A DNA stretch of 25,203 nucleotides, from positions 1-25,203 of IMG/VR virus record IMGVR_UViG_3300024249_000058; one strand, 5' to 3'. Positions 1 through 7,419 of this stretch are shown here, piece by piece (within the stretch, counting starts at the first letter, position 1; each line of letters opens with the position of its first letter). This DNA is from a virus (lineage: Duplodnaviria > Caudoviricetes). Under the pieces are notes generated by a model. It ran no database searches, was not told the origin of the DNA, and saw only the letters and a list, made by a program, of their open reading frames with translations. Made by a program: the position numbers and the translations under genes.

Positions 1-759
1 GGTGTCAGTGTGCCTGATCGCAATGGTGCAGCCATACGCTATGAAGGTGGTAGCCTGTCACTGTCTGATGACTACTTCCATGACAACCAAGAAGGACTGC
101 TTGGTGCTGAGGATGCGACAGGCAGCATCAGCATCAACCATTCTGAGTTCAGCCACAATGGTGATGGCAGTGGATCAACACACAACATCTATGTAGGAGC
201 CATTGCCAACTTCAGCATCACCAACAGCTACGTGCATGATGCAGTCGTAGGCCATGAGATCAAGTCACGTGCTGCCAACAACACGATCACAGGGAACCGT
301 ATCTTTGACAATGATGGCAGCGCCAGTTATAGTGTTGATCTGCCTAACGGTGGCAGTGCTGCTATTAGCAACAATGTTATAGAGCAAGGTGCCCACACAC
401 AGAACCCATTCGTGTTTGCGTATGGTGAGGAAGGCATCACTCACGCAGGTAGTGCCTCAATCAGCAACAATACCATCGTCAATGATGATCCAAGCGGTGT
501 TGGTGTATTGTCACCTACACCTGTCAGCTTCACTGGCAACCAAGTGTGGAACCTGCCTAACCTTGGCAACGTCAGTGCATCCAACAACATCGTGCTGCTC
601 TCTAGGCCAGTGCTTGACACCACACCACTGACCTTCATCACCACACCACCACCGACGCATGGCCATGGTCATGGCAAGCCGCCAAAGCCAAGGCTGCATG
701 TCTTTCTCAATCCCATGCCACGCGGCATGTTGGCTGTCGATCTACTGCCTCGCGTGTAG
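1..759 (+). CDS. Right-handed parallel beta-helix (pectin lyase-like fold) protein, 5'-truncated by the window edge
   Basis: Frame open from base 1 (GVSVPDRNG...); Asn-ladder repeats such as SINHSEFSHNG, SITNSYVHD, TITGNRIFDN, AISNNVIEQG, SISNNTIVND; HNIY and GHEIKSRA motifs. Confidence 0.8.
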   Translation, partial: GVSVPDRNGAAIRYEGGSLSLSDDYFHDNQEGLLGAEDATGSISINHSEFSHNGDGSGSTHNIYVGAIANFSITNSYVHDAVVGHEIKSRAANNTITGNRIFDNDGSASYSVDLPNGGSAAISNNVIEQGAHTQNPFVFAYGEEGITHAGSASISNNTIVNDDPSGVGVLSPTPVSFTGNQVWNLPNLGNVSASNNIVLLSRPVLDTTPLTFITTPPPTHGHGHGKPPKPRLHVFLNPMPRGMLAVDLLPRV

Positions 760-768
760 GAGCCAAGC

Positions 769-1221
769 ATGTCCAACAGTCCGACTGACGTATTCAAGCA
801 CATCAAGATGCAAGGACCGGATGACTGTTGGCCATGGACCACGGGCACATGGGGCGGTCGTCAGTCCGACAGGCGCCCCTACTTCCAGGCCGGTAGCAGG
901 CGCAGGATCGCCTACAGGTGGGTCTATGAACTCGTGAATGGTGAACTGCCAGAGGATGCCCTGATCCTCCATAGCTGCGACCAAGGCGGCTATCCCATTG
1001 GGTGTTGTAACCCTGCTCACATGAGGATTGGGACCCACGACGAGAACATGAAAGACATGACGGACAGGCAACGACACGGTGTCCCACACATGGTGGTCCG
1101 AGCCATTCGTCGGCTGATCGAACAGGGCGAGACGCAACAGAACATCGCTGACCGTTATGGACTGACACGAGAAGCAGTTAGTGCAATCGCCACAGGACGG
1201 ACGTATAAGCATCTGGACTAG
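769..1221 (+). CDS. Free-standing HNH endonuclease with C-terminal helix-turn-helix
   Basis: DCWPW...AYRWVYELVNG...LILHSCD...CCNPAHMRIGTHDENMKD (phage HNH signature); C-terminal TQQNIADRYGLTREAVSAI HTH; RBS AGGAG upstream. Confidence 0.88.
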   Translation: MSNSPTDVFKHIKMQGPDDCWPWTTGTWGGRQSDRRPYFQAGSRRRIAYRWVYELVNGELPEDALILHSCDQGGYPIGCCNPAHMRIGTHDENMKDMTDRQRHGVPHMVVRAIRRLIEQGETQQNIADRYGLTREAVSAIATGRTYKHLD

Positions 1222-1246
1222 AAGCGCGACGCGAAGCGGCGCTTCT
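1220..1246 (+). terminator. Stem-loop after HNH gene (possible terminator or processing site)
   Basis: AGAAGCGC (1220-1227) pairs with GCGCTTCT (1239-1246), with inner CGC-GAA-GCG; no U-tract. Confidence 0.4.
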
Positions 1247-1280
1247 CCGTATGCCGCCGCAACCGCTACTGTGGACACCA

Positions 1281-1508
1281 ATGCCAGACAAACCACCATT
1301 CGATCCACAACGCTGGGCTATGCTCCTATTAGGTGTATTAATTGTCACACCATCACTGATCGTATTAGCCATGACATTGCATTGTCTCGTCTCATTGGAC
1401 AACGAGTGTTGGGTGACAGTGACCAAGGGCATGTTTCGTGATTGGCTCGTTGAGATAGTTCCTGTATTGGTTGCAATCATCATGACAGGACGGAACAAAC
1501 AGCAATGA
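1281..1508 (+). CDS. Small membrane protein with two hydrophobic segments (holin-like architecture); alternative start 1251
   Basis: Hydrophobic WAMLLLGVLIVTPSLIVLAMTL and WLVEIVPVLVAIIM; basic C-terminus; ATGA overlap with the next gene. Confidence 0.55.
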   Translation: MPDKPPFDPQRWAMLLLGVLIVTPSLIVLAMTLHCLVSLDNECWVTVTKGMFRDWLVEIVPVLVAIIMTGRNKQQ

Positions 1509-1852
1509 AAGCACCACCACAAGGCCAATCCCTATGCGTCCACTGTGGCAATGCTACTGTGGCCACAATAGACAGTCGTGTCATGGCCAGCAACTGGCGT
1601 ATGAGACGAAAGCGTTGCACTAGCTGCGAGCACAGATGGACTACATACGAAGTGCCAGCAGAGATGCTTGACAACTTCAAGTACATCCTTGAGACAATGC
1701 GGCTCATGGGCAATCATGTCCATGCCATTGGGCTGCTGCTTGAACAGACACGTCATCTGTCAATGATACAGGAGGGTAAAGATGCCAACAGTAAGCAGAG
1801 CACAACAAAGGCTGATGCATGGCATAGCATCAGGCAACATCAAGCCGACTAA
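1505..1852 (+). CDS. NrdR-like zinc-ribbon protein without ATP cone
   Basis: CVHC...IDSR...RMRRKRCTSCEHRWTTYE matches the NrdR N-terminus (CxxC..DSR..RRRRxCxxCxxRFTTxE); no ATP-cone sequence follows. Confidence 0.8.
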   Translation: MKAPPQGQSLCVHCGNATVATIDSRVMASNWRMRRKRCTSCEHRWTTYEVPAEMLDNFKYILETMRLMGNHVHAIGLLLEQTRHLSMIQEGKDANSKQSTTKADAWHSIRQHQAD

Positions 1853-1967
1853 GGGCAAGCCTAGTCGTAAGGTAGCACAGGAGTTCGCTAGAGCAGACCA
1901 TACTAGAGGCAGCACCAAGCTGCCTGAGACGACAGGACAAACCATACTACGAGGAGGCAAAGTGTAA
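1782..1967 (+). CDS. Small basic phage protein (MP..S.AQ.R.M...A type)
   Basis: Strong RBS GGAGG at 1771-1775; stop overlaps next start (TAATG); overlaps the NrdR-like ORF by 71 nt. Confidence 0.65.
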   Translation: MPTVSRAQQRLMHGIASGNIKPTKGKPSRKVAQEFARADHTRGSTKLPETTGQTILRGGKV

Positions 1968-2839
1968 TGCATAGCGTATTCGATAAGTTCAACACACCTG
2001 ACTCACCACTTATGTTCCCAGTCGGTGAGCGCAAGGTCGGCTGGCTACAACGCGATGGCAACTATCGTGAGACCAAAGGCCACAAGGCCATCATCCGTCT
2101 CAACAAGCAAGGAGACAACGCCCAACTACTGAACATCGTTGGTGCCAGCTACCGACTGGTCCACAACCGTGAACTGTTCGTTGCTGTTGAGGACGCCATG
2201 ATGCAGGAGATGCTACCTGAGCATCTGCATGATGTGCAGGTCACTGATCGTGTCAGTGGCTTTGGCAAGGTTTGCTATCGTAACTACGTGTTCCCATCCA
2301 TCAAGTGCCGACTGCCTAAGTCACCAAGTGACATTGCCTTCCGCATCATCGTGCAGAACGGCTATGGTGGTTCTGCATTACGTATGCACGCTGGTGCCAT
2401 CGACTTCTACTGCACCAACGGCATGATACGTGGTGAGTATGTGTCCACTTACAGGCGTCACACCAGTAGGCTGACACTGCATGGCCTCAATAGCTCCATC
2501 ACCAAGGCACTGCTTGACTTCAGCAATGCACGCTATGAATGGGAACAGTGGAGCAACACACCAGTGCAACACGAGAAGGCAATGGAACTGTTCCGTGCCA
2601 TTGCATCGAGTGAGAAGGTGCAGGAGCAACTCAGTGACCAATACCTACAGGAGAGTGAAGTGCGAGGCAACAATCTGTGGGCAGTCTACTCTGCACTCAC
2701 ATACCATGCATCGCATCCTGACAAGCTACGTGCATCCGTAGAGGAACAAGACAATGTAGCTGCCACCATGCTACGACATGAGTTGGAAGTGACCAAGTGG
2801 ACACAGAGTAAAGAGTGGAAGCAGTTGGAAACTGTGTAG
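1967..2839 (+). CDS. DUF932-family phage/plasmid protein
   Basis: VGASYRLVHNRELF, NGYGGSAL....G......CTNGM, RRHT and NLWAVYSALTYHASH motifs typical of DUF932. Confidence 0.8.
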   Translation: MHSVFDKFNTPDSPLMFPVGERKVGWLQRDGNYRETKGHKAIIRLNKQGDNAQLLNIVGASYRLVHNRELFVAVEDAMMQEMLPEHLHDVQVTDRVSGFGKVCYRNYVFPSIKCRLPKSPSDIAFRIIVQNGYGGSALRMHAGAIDFYCTNGMIRGEYVSTYRRHTSRLTLHGLNSSITKALLDFSNARYEWEQWSNTPVQHEKAMELFRAIASSEKVQEQLSDQYLQESEVRGNNLWAVYSALTYHASHPDKLRASVEEQDNVAATMLRHELEVTKWTQSKEWKQLETV

Positions 2840-2855
2840 TGTTCTGTAGCCTCAC

Positions 2856-2884
2856 TTGACACAACACTCATAGTGTGTTACTAT
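2856..2884 (+). promoter_or_regulatory. Strong sigma70-type promoter with extended -10
   Basis: TTGACA (2856-2861), 17-nt spacer, TG-n-TACTAT (2876-2884); intergenic; followed by RBS AGGAG and ATG at 2916. Confidence 0.85.
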
Positions 2885-2915
2885 ATGGATACTAGAAGGA
2901 GAGGAGTTATGTAGT

Positions 2916-3365
2916 ATGTCGCTTAGCCAACGTGACAAGAATAAGATCACAGACGGCCTCAACACACGGTTCTCAGACATCGGCACTAAGACTAACACAT
3001 GTCCACCATCGACGAAGAACACTGAGCCAGCAGCATGGGAGTTCTTTGTTGCTGCCCACCTTCACTCATTGGCTAGTGGCCGCTTGCGAGAAGCACGATC
3101 AAAGGCCGTTCGATTAGGTGTCATCTTCGATCATGAAAAGCATCCTAGAACACAACAGGACTCAGGCGTAGTCTATCGTGGCGATAACATTGTCATCACG
3201 TTGACTGTGAAGGCGCCAACTGTCACAGTAGACGTAGACGATCTCTGTGCTTTCCTGATCAGCCAAGGAGTAGACGAGACACTCATTCAGATCGCTTTGA
3301 AAGAGTCAAGGAAGGAACGCCGAGCCGCACATGAGTTCCGTGCTTCACTCTTGACTGAGGACTAA
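2916..3365 (+). CDS. Hypothetical protein (149 aa)
   Basis: Own promoter, strong RBS and downstream hairpin; no family recognised. Confidence 0.8.
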   Translation: MSLSQRDKNKITDGLNTRFSDIGTKTNTCPPSTKNTEPAAWEFFVAAHLHSLASGRLREARSKAVRLGVIFDHEKHPRTQQDSGVVYRGDNIVITLTVKAPTVTVDVDDLCAFLISQGVDETLIQIALKESRKERRAAHEFRASLLTED

Positions 3366-3371
3366 CACATA

Positions 3372-3401
3372 GGCACCATGCAGTATCGGCTGCATGGTGC
3401 C
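3372..3401 (+). terminator. 12-bp perfect hairpin (terminator or processing site)
   Basis: GGCACCATGCAG-TATCGG-CTGCATGGTGCC just after stop 3365, followed by GTCCGTGTTTGT. Confidence 0.6.
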
Positions 3402-3425
3402 GTCCGTGTTTGTGGAGTGAACTCT

Positions 3426-3695
3426 GTGGCAGTGGTGATTAACTTGGCAGAACAGCGCAAGTCTAAGCCTATCCCACCTAAGACTGCAACCTTTGAGCAT
3501 GGAGGACAACGATACACATGTAGGTTTGATCCCAATGCTCCACGAGAGCAGCAATGGGTGTGGACTGTATCCTATGTCCGCACGTATCAATACTTTGGCC
3601 ATGCATCAACAATGGAAGGCGCAGCAGCCACCGCACGCAGAATAATACACCAACTGAATGTGCGAAGACTCAAGCAGGAGGAGAATGATGGATGA
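3426..3695 (+). CDS. Hypothetical protein
   Basis: Start revised from 3378 (inside the hairpin) to GTG 3426, which follows GGAG at 3414-3417. Confidence 0.7.
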   Translation: MAVVINLAEQRKSKPIPPKTATFEHGGQRYTCRFDPNAPREQQWVWTVSYVRTYQYFGHASTMEGAAATARRIIHQLNVRRLKQEENDG

Positions 3696-4074
3696 GGAAA
3701 GCCTAACACATGTCGTCTCGCCTGATGAGACGAATGATCCTGACAAGCTCGTAGACAGCTACGATACACCTACACAACGAGCATCTATCAATCGCCTGTC
3801 AGTCGATGACTTAGACGCATGGCTAGATGCGATCCGTGCAAGACGACTGGCTACTGTGCAGAAGCTAGAAGCAGCAGCCCGTGTGCGTGCTGATGAAGTG
3901 CGTCTGTCTGCATTCCTCAAGTATGAGAAGCAGTATCAGCGTGCCAAGTCTGCACTGGCTAGGCTAGACGAACAGATGGGCAAGGTAGAACTTGTCATAC
4001 ACAAGTGTAGACTGCTTGCATTGGCAGCAGAACTAGAAGTGTCAACAGAAGGAGACTCAGATGCCGACTGTTAA
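3688..4074 (+). CDS. Hypothetical coiled-coil protein
   Basis: RBS AGGAGGAG at 3676-3683; helical heptad-like sequence; overlaps neighbours. Confidence 0.75.
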   Translation: MDEESLTHVVSPDETNDPDKLVDSYDTPTQRASINRLSVDDLDAWLDAIRARRLATVQKLEAAARVRADEVRLSAFLKYEKQYQRAKSALARLDEQMGKVELVIHKCRLLALAAELEVSTEGDSDADC

Positions 4075-4336
4075 AGGGCCAGTCCGTGCCCGTGATCTGC
4101 GCGCCAACATTGCTGAACACGGCTTTGAGAATGGCGTCGTGTATACACTTGAACAACTCCTTGACGAGCACACGCAGGACAGGCAGCATCTCCGTGAGAT
4201 GGCATCATTGCTCAATCAGTGCATGGATCACTTGAACAAGATGATGGCTGTCGGCACAAGCATCACGCAGGAACTCGATCGCATGAAGCGTGAGCGAGAT
4301 CAAGGAGACGACATTGACCACAGTGAAAGGAACTAA
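4061..4336 (+). CDS. Hypothetical helical protein (91 aa)
   Basis: RBS AAGGAG upstream; fits operon packing. Confidence 0.72.
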   Translation: MPTVKGPVRARDLRANIAEHGFENGVVYTLEQLLDEHTQDRQHLREMASLLNQCMDHLNKMMAVGTSITQELDRMKRERDQGDDIDHSERN

Positions 4337-5423
4337 TCATGTATTGCAACTATCCGATGTCATGCCAGGAGATAAACAGTTAGAAGCGTTCGACTACACG
4401 AAGCTGACTGCCATCAACACATGTCCTACGTGGGGCATCACACGCTATCAGATGAACTTGCGAATGCCAGCACAGGGTCGTGCATTGGCACTCGAAGCTG
4501 GCCACGCACTGCATGAAGTGTTTGCGTTCATCCGTCTTGCATCGTTGCTGTCTCAGCTTGAGGAGCAAGGCAAAGACAAAGACTACATAAACAAAGTGTA
4601 TGCGGGGCATGGCACGCGACTGTTCGGTATAGAGCGACTACGACACATCACAGAGCAGATCAGCACAGCCACAGACGTGCCTGACGTGTGTAAGCGCGGT
4701 GCCATTGCTGTGCTTGACACGAGTGGCTACTACGACGACCCACGAGACAAGCGACGCACATTGTCCAACATGGAGGAAGCTGCATATGCTTACATCAACC
4801 GCTGGCGTTATGATCATCCTGTGTGGTGCCGTAGTCTTACTGATCCTACAGCCGATGTGGGCATTGAGATACCATTTGAGCTACGCGCTTCTATTACTGG
4901 CCACGATCTGTTTCAGTTTCGTCTTGTTGGTCGGATCGATGGCATCCACTATGATGGTGCGAAGCGTCTCACGATCCACGACAACAAGACTGCCAGCAGG
5001 CTGAGCGATGCTTGGTCATCGTCTCAGGTGACGAGTCATCAATACACTGGGTATTGTGTGGCAGGCTCTCACTTCACACAACAGGTGGTAACACGTTGCA
5101 ATGTATTAGGACTTGCATTGCCACAGCCACGGACGTATGAATACGGAGGCTTTGCTGCTGAGAGCATGGACCGACACGATCATCACCTAGTGCGATGGGT
5201 GGACTGGATCGTCCATACGCTACGGATCGCACAGCTATACCATCACGACCCTATCGCAGCACCGAAGTATACACATAGCTGCAATCGCTACTTCAGGCCC
5301 TGTGCTCTCATCCCGTTCTGCTACGGAGACGACAACGAACAGAACCGTATACTCGGTGAGATGGAGTATGACGCATGGAGTCCATTGGAGAAAGGAGTGC
5401 TAGACGGCGTAGGTTCAGAGTAG
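4314..5423 (+). CDS. PD-(D/E)XK exonuclease, Cas4/RecB(AddB)-like, with probable Fe-S cysteines; start uncertain (4290/4314/4344)
   Basis: YTKL.AINTCP, G.ALHE, GIEIPF, GRIDGI, IHDNKT, HQYTGY motifs; C-terminal C-x6-C-x5-C plus the N-terminal Cys. Confidence 0.85.
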   Translation: MTTVKGTNHVLQLSDVMPGDKQLEAFDYTKLTAINTCPTWGITRYQMNLRMPAQGRALALEAGHALHEVFAFIRLASLLSQLEEQGKDKDYINKVYAGHGTRLFGIERLRHITEQISTATDVPDVCKRGAIAVLDTSGYYDDPRDKRRTLSNMEEAAYAYINRWRYDHPVWCRSLTDPTADVGIEIPFELRASITGHDLFQFRLVGRIDGIHYDGAKRLTIHDNKTASRLSDAWSSSQVTSHQYTGYCVAGSHFTQQVVTRCNVLGLALPQPRTYEYGGFAAESMDRHDHHLVRWVDWIVHTLRIAQLYHHDPIAAPKYTHSCNRYFRPCALIPFCYGDDNEQNRILGEMEYDAWSPLEKGVLDGVGSE

Positions 5424-5446
5424 TCCCAACCCTAGCGAGGATCATC

Positions 5447-5605
5447 ATGGATGCAATAGAGTTCCGTCAGGCATACAACACAGCAGTCAATGCAGCAGAG
5501 AATGTAGAGGACATCTTTGTGCGGACTGCACTCCTAGACATACTGCAACTCCTAGCAGGATTGCAGGCTCAGATTGAGGAGCTACAGCTACAGGATGATT
5601 GCTGA
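5447..5605 (+). CDS. Small hypothetical coiled-coil protein
   Basis: RBS GAGGA before ATG 5447; stop overlaps next start (TGATG). Confidence 0.6.
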   Translation: MDAIEFRQAYNTAVNAAENVEDIFVRTALLDILQLLAGLQAQIEELQLQDDC

Positions 5606-6405
5606 TGTCTCAGACACTGCCTCAGTTCCACAAACCAACGTTCGATCGCAGCAAGATGTATGTTCTAGTGTGGGGAGGATCAGGATGTGGCAAGACCACA
5701 TTGGCGTCAACAGCACCAGATGGCAAAGCCTACATTCAGTTCGATGCGCAAGGGCACACAAGCATAGCCAACCGTGATGACATCGCACTGTTGGACCTGA
5801 GTGGATGCACGTTCAGGACAGCAATGATGGAGTTCAACAAGGCTGACCCCTTTGGCATGAAGGCGTTCATCCTTGCCAACCCATACATCGAGACGATTGT
5901 CATCGACAGCATCACGACACTTGCATTCCTAGCATTGCAACATGCTGTGACGATTGCAGGAGGCAAGTCCTCTATCGACGTGCCAGGACAGAATGGCTAT
6001 GGTGTGCGTAACAACGTCATGCGTCGTGTCGTGCAGTCCATAATGCAGATAGCGAGCGAGACCAACAAACATCTTGTCATCATCACGCATGACAAGGAAG
6101 GCGAACAAGACGACAATGGCAGGATACTTGAGATCACCATGTCGCTGTCATCTGCATTGGCCAATGACGTTGCACTCAGGTTCAACGAGGTCTGGTTCAT
6201 GAAGGACACAGGCACAGAGCGTCGAATATACGTGCGTGCATTCGGTGTGTTCAAGCCGATGAAGACTAGGATGTTCATGACTGACCAAGGCTCGCACTTC
6301 GTATGGCATTACAATGCCGATACGCTGACAGGCGACGGTATTGCTAGTTGGTTCAATCAGTGGAAGGAGAACGAAGGTAAGAAGATACCAATGCCAAAGA
6401 AATAG
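5605..6405 (+). CDS. Sak4-like / AAA_24 phage ATPase (recombinase or single-strand annealing protein)
   Basis: Walker A GGSGCGKTT, Walker B IVIDSIT, VIITH, KxR (KTR) motif; lies between exonuclease and SSB genes. Confidence 0.8.
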   Translation: MSQTLPQFHKPTFDRSKMYVLVWGGSGCGKTTLASTAPDGKAYIQFDAQGHTSIANRDDIALLDLSGCTFRTAMMEFNKADPFGMKAFILANPYIETIVIDSITTLAFLALQHAVTIAGGKSSIDVPGQNGYGVRNNVMRRVVQSIMQIASETNKHLVIITHDKEGEQDDNGRILEITMSLSSALANDVALRFNEVWFMKDTGTERRIYVRAFGVFKPMKTRMFMTDQGSHFVWHYNADTLTGDGIASWFNQWKENEGKKIPMPKK

Positions 6406-6430
6406 GCTGCCACCGTCAGATAGCAGCCTA
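6403..6430 (+). terminator. Stem-loop at end of Sak4-like gene
   Basis: TAGGCTGC / GCAGCCTA 8-bp stem, 12-nt loop, followed by AGTTT. Confidence 0.4.
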
Positions 6431-6518
6431 AGTTTACCACACAAGACACAGTGACCTGACCCCTGGAGGAAGTCGGTCCATCCATACGTATCCCCTCAGT
6501 GAAAGGAAATCAAGCCCC

Positions 6519-6935
6519 ATGAGTGGTTCAAGCTCGATCATGCGCTTCAGTCAGGACATTGCGTCTGCGGAAGCACCGCCCCCACTGCCCGCACGTCAGT
6601 ATCGTGCTGAGATCATTGGTGCCAGCATTCGTCCTGCCATGTCATCTGGTGTTGACTATCTCAACTTGCAGTTCCGTGTGCCAGCAGAAGAGTATCCTGC
6701 TGACTATCAGGATGGTGATCCTGATGGGACAATACTCTACTACAATCGCATACAAGCCAGTGACACTCCTACCAACAGGTATCGTTGGCGTCGTGCGATG
6801 GAGCGGATCGGTGGTCCGTTGTCCATGGAGATCGACTGCAATGCCCTGATTGGTCTATGGGGCAACATCGAAGTCACGCACAATGAGTATGAAGGTGAGA
6901 TGCGGGCACAGATTTCTAAGCTGCTGGACCCGTAA
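6519..6935 (+). CDS. Putative single-stranded DNA-binding protein (DUF669-like OB fold)
   Basis: PLPARQYRAEI...SSG.DYLNLQFRV...LIG....IEVTHNEYEGE pattern; typical position after Sak4-like genes. Confidence 0.7.
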   Translation: MSGSSSIMRFSQDIASAEAPPPLPARQYRAEIIGASIRPAMSSGVDYLNLQFRVPAEEYPADYQDGDPDGTILYYNRIQASDTPTNRYRWRRAMERIGGPLSMEIDCNALIGLWGNIEVTHNEYEGEMRAQISKLLDP

Positions 6936-6951
6936 TATCATGCATGTGCGC

Positions 6952-6980
6952 TTGCATTCAGTGAGCGCACATGCTACCTT
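6952..6980 (+). promoter_or_regulatory. Sigma70-type promoter overlapping an inverted repeat
   Basis: TTGCAT (6952-6957), 17 nt, TG-c-TACCTT (6972-6980); overlaps IR GCATGTGCGCT (6942-6952) / AGCGCACATGC (6964-6974). Confidence 0.6.
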
Positions 6981-7018
6981 CTACTGGCCGTTATGGTGCT
7001 CTCAACTTAGGAGGTTTC

Positions 7019-7318
7019 ATGTCTACTACCCAAACCGTGCAGCGTCCCATGCCCATCGCTGATCCTGTCCAGCCGAAGCCCAAGCGCACACGCTCGCCGT
7101 CTGTCGCCAAGCCTGCCTACATCGTCGTGCAGGTCATGGACGAACAGGGCCAGCCGCAGTCGTTCGACAAGAAGCGTGTGAAGATCATCGCCGTCGAGAG
7201 GCAGGCTGACAAAGTGCTGGAAGCCATCGAGGCTGGCAGCTATCCTAATGCCTTCTACCTGCGTGTGATTGTCCCAGGTGGCTCTAGGGCAGGCTCGCCC
7301 AACAAGCCAAAGGACTGA
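7019..7318 (+). CDS. Hypothetical basic protein (99 aa), possibly nucleic-acid binding
   Basis: RBS AGGAGG at 7009-7014; KPKPKRTRSPS basic patch; strongly C/G-ending codons. Confidence 0.8.
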   Translation: MSTTQTVQRPMPIADPVQPKPKRTRSPSVAKPAYIVVQVMDEQGQPQSFDKKRVKIIAVERQADKVLEAIEAGSYPNAFYLRVIVPGGSRAGSPNKPKD

Positions 7319-7344
7319 TCCTTGCAAGGTCACATTGCAGGTTG

Positions 7345-7386
7345 AAGGGGAGGGCCGTAGCGTGGAAGCGATACGGCCTTCTTCTT
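7345..7386 (+). terminator. Long GNRA-capped hairpin (terminator or RNase III-type site)
   Basis: AAGGGGAGGGCCGTA / TACGGCCTTCTTCTT 15-bp stem (3 G-U), G-A mismatch, CGT-GGAA-GCG cap. Confidence 0.6.
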
Positions 7387-7419
7387 ACAGTGCTACATCT
7401 CACACTAGGAACTGCACAC

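Noticed and set aside
769-1221. Intron- or intein-encoded homing endonuclease
   Set aside because: Flanking ORFs are unrelated to each other and there is no space for a group I intron core; treated as free-standing.
1281-1508. Definite lysis cassette
   Set aside because: Holin-like topology only; no endolysin or spanin recognised nearby in the window.
4314-5423. CRISPR-Cas system (Cas4)
   Set aside because: No array or other cas genes seen; the Sak4/SSB context indicates a recombination exonuclease.
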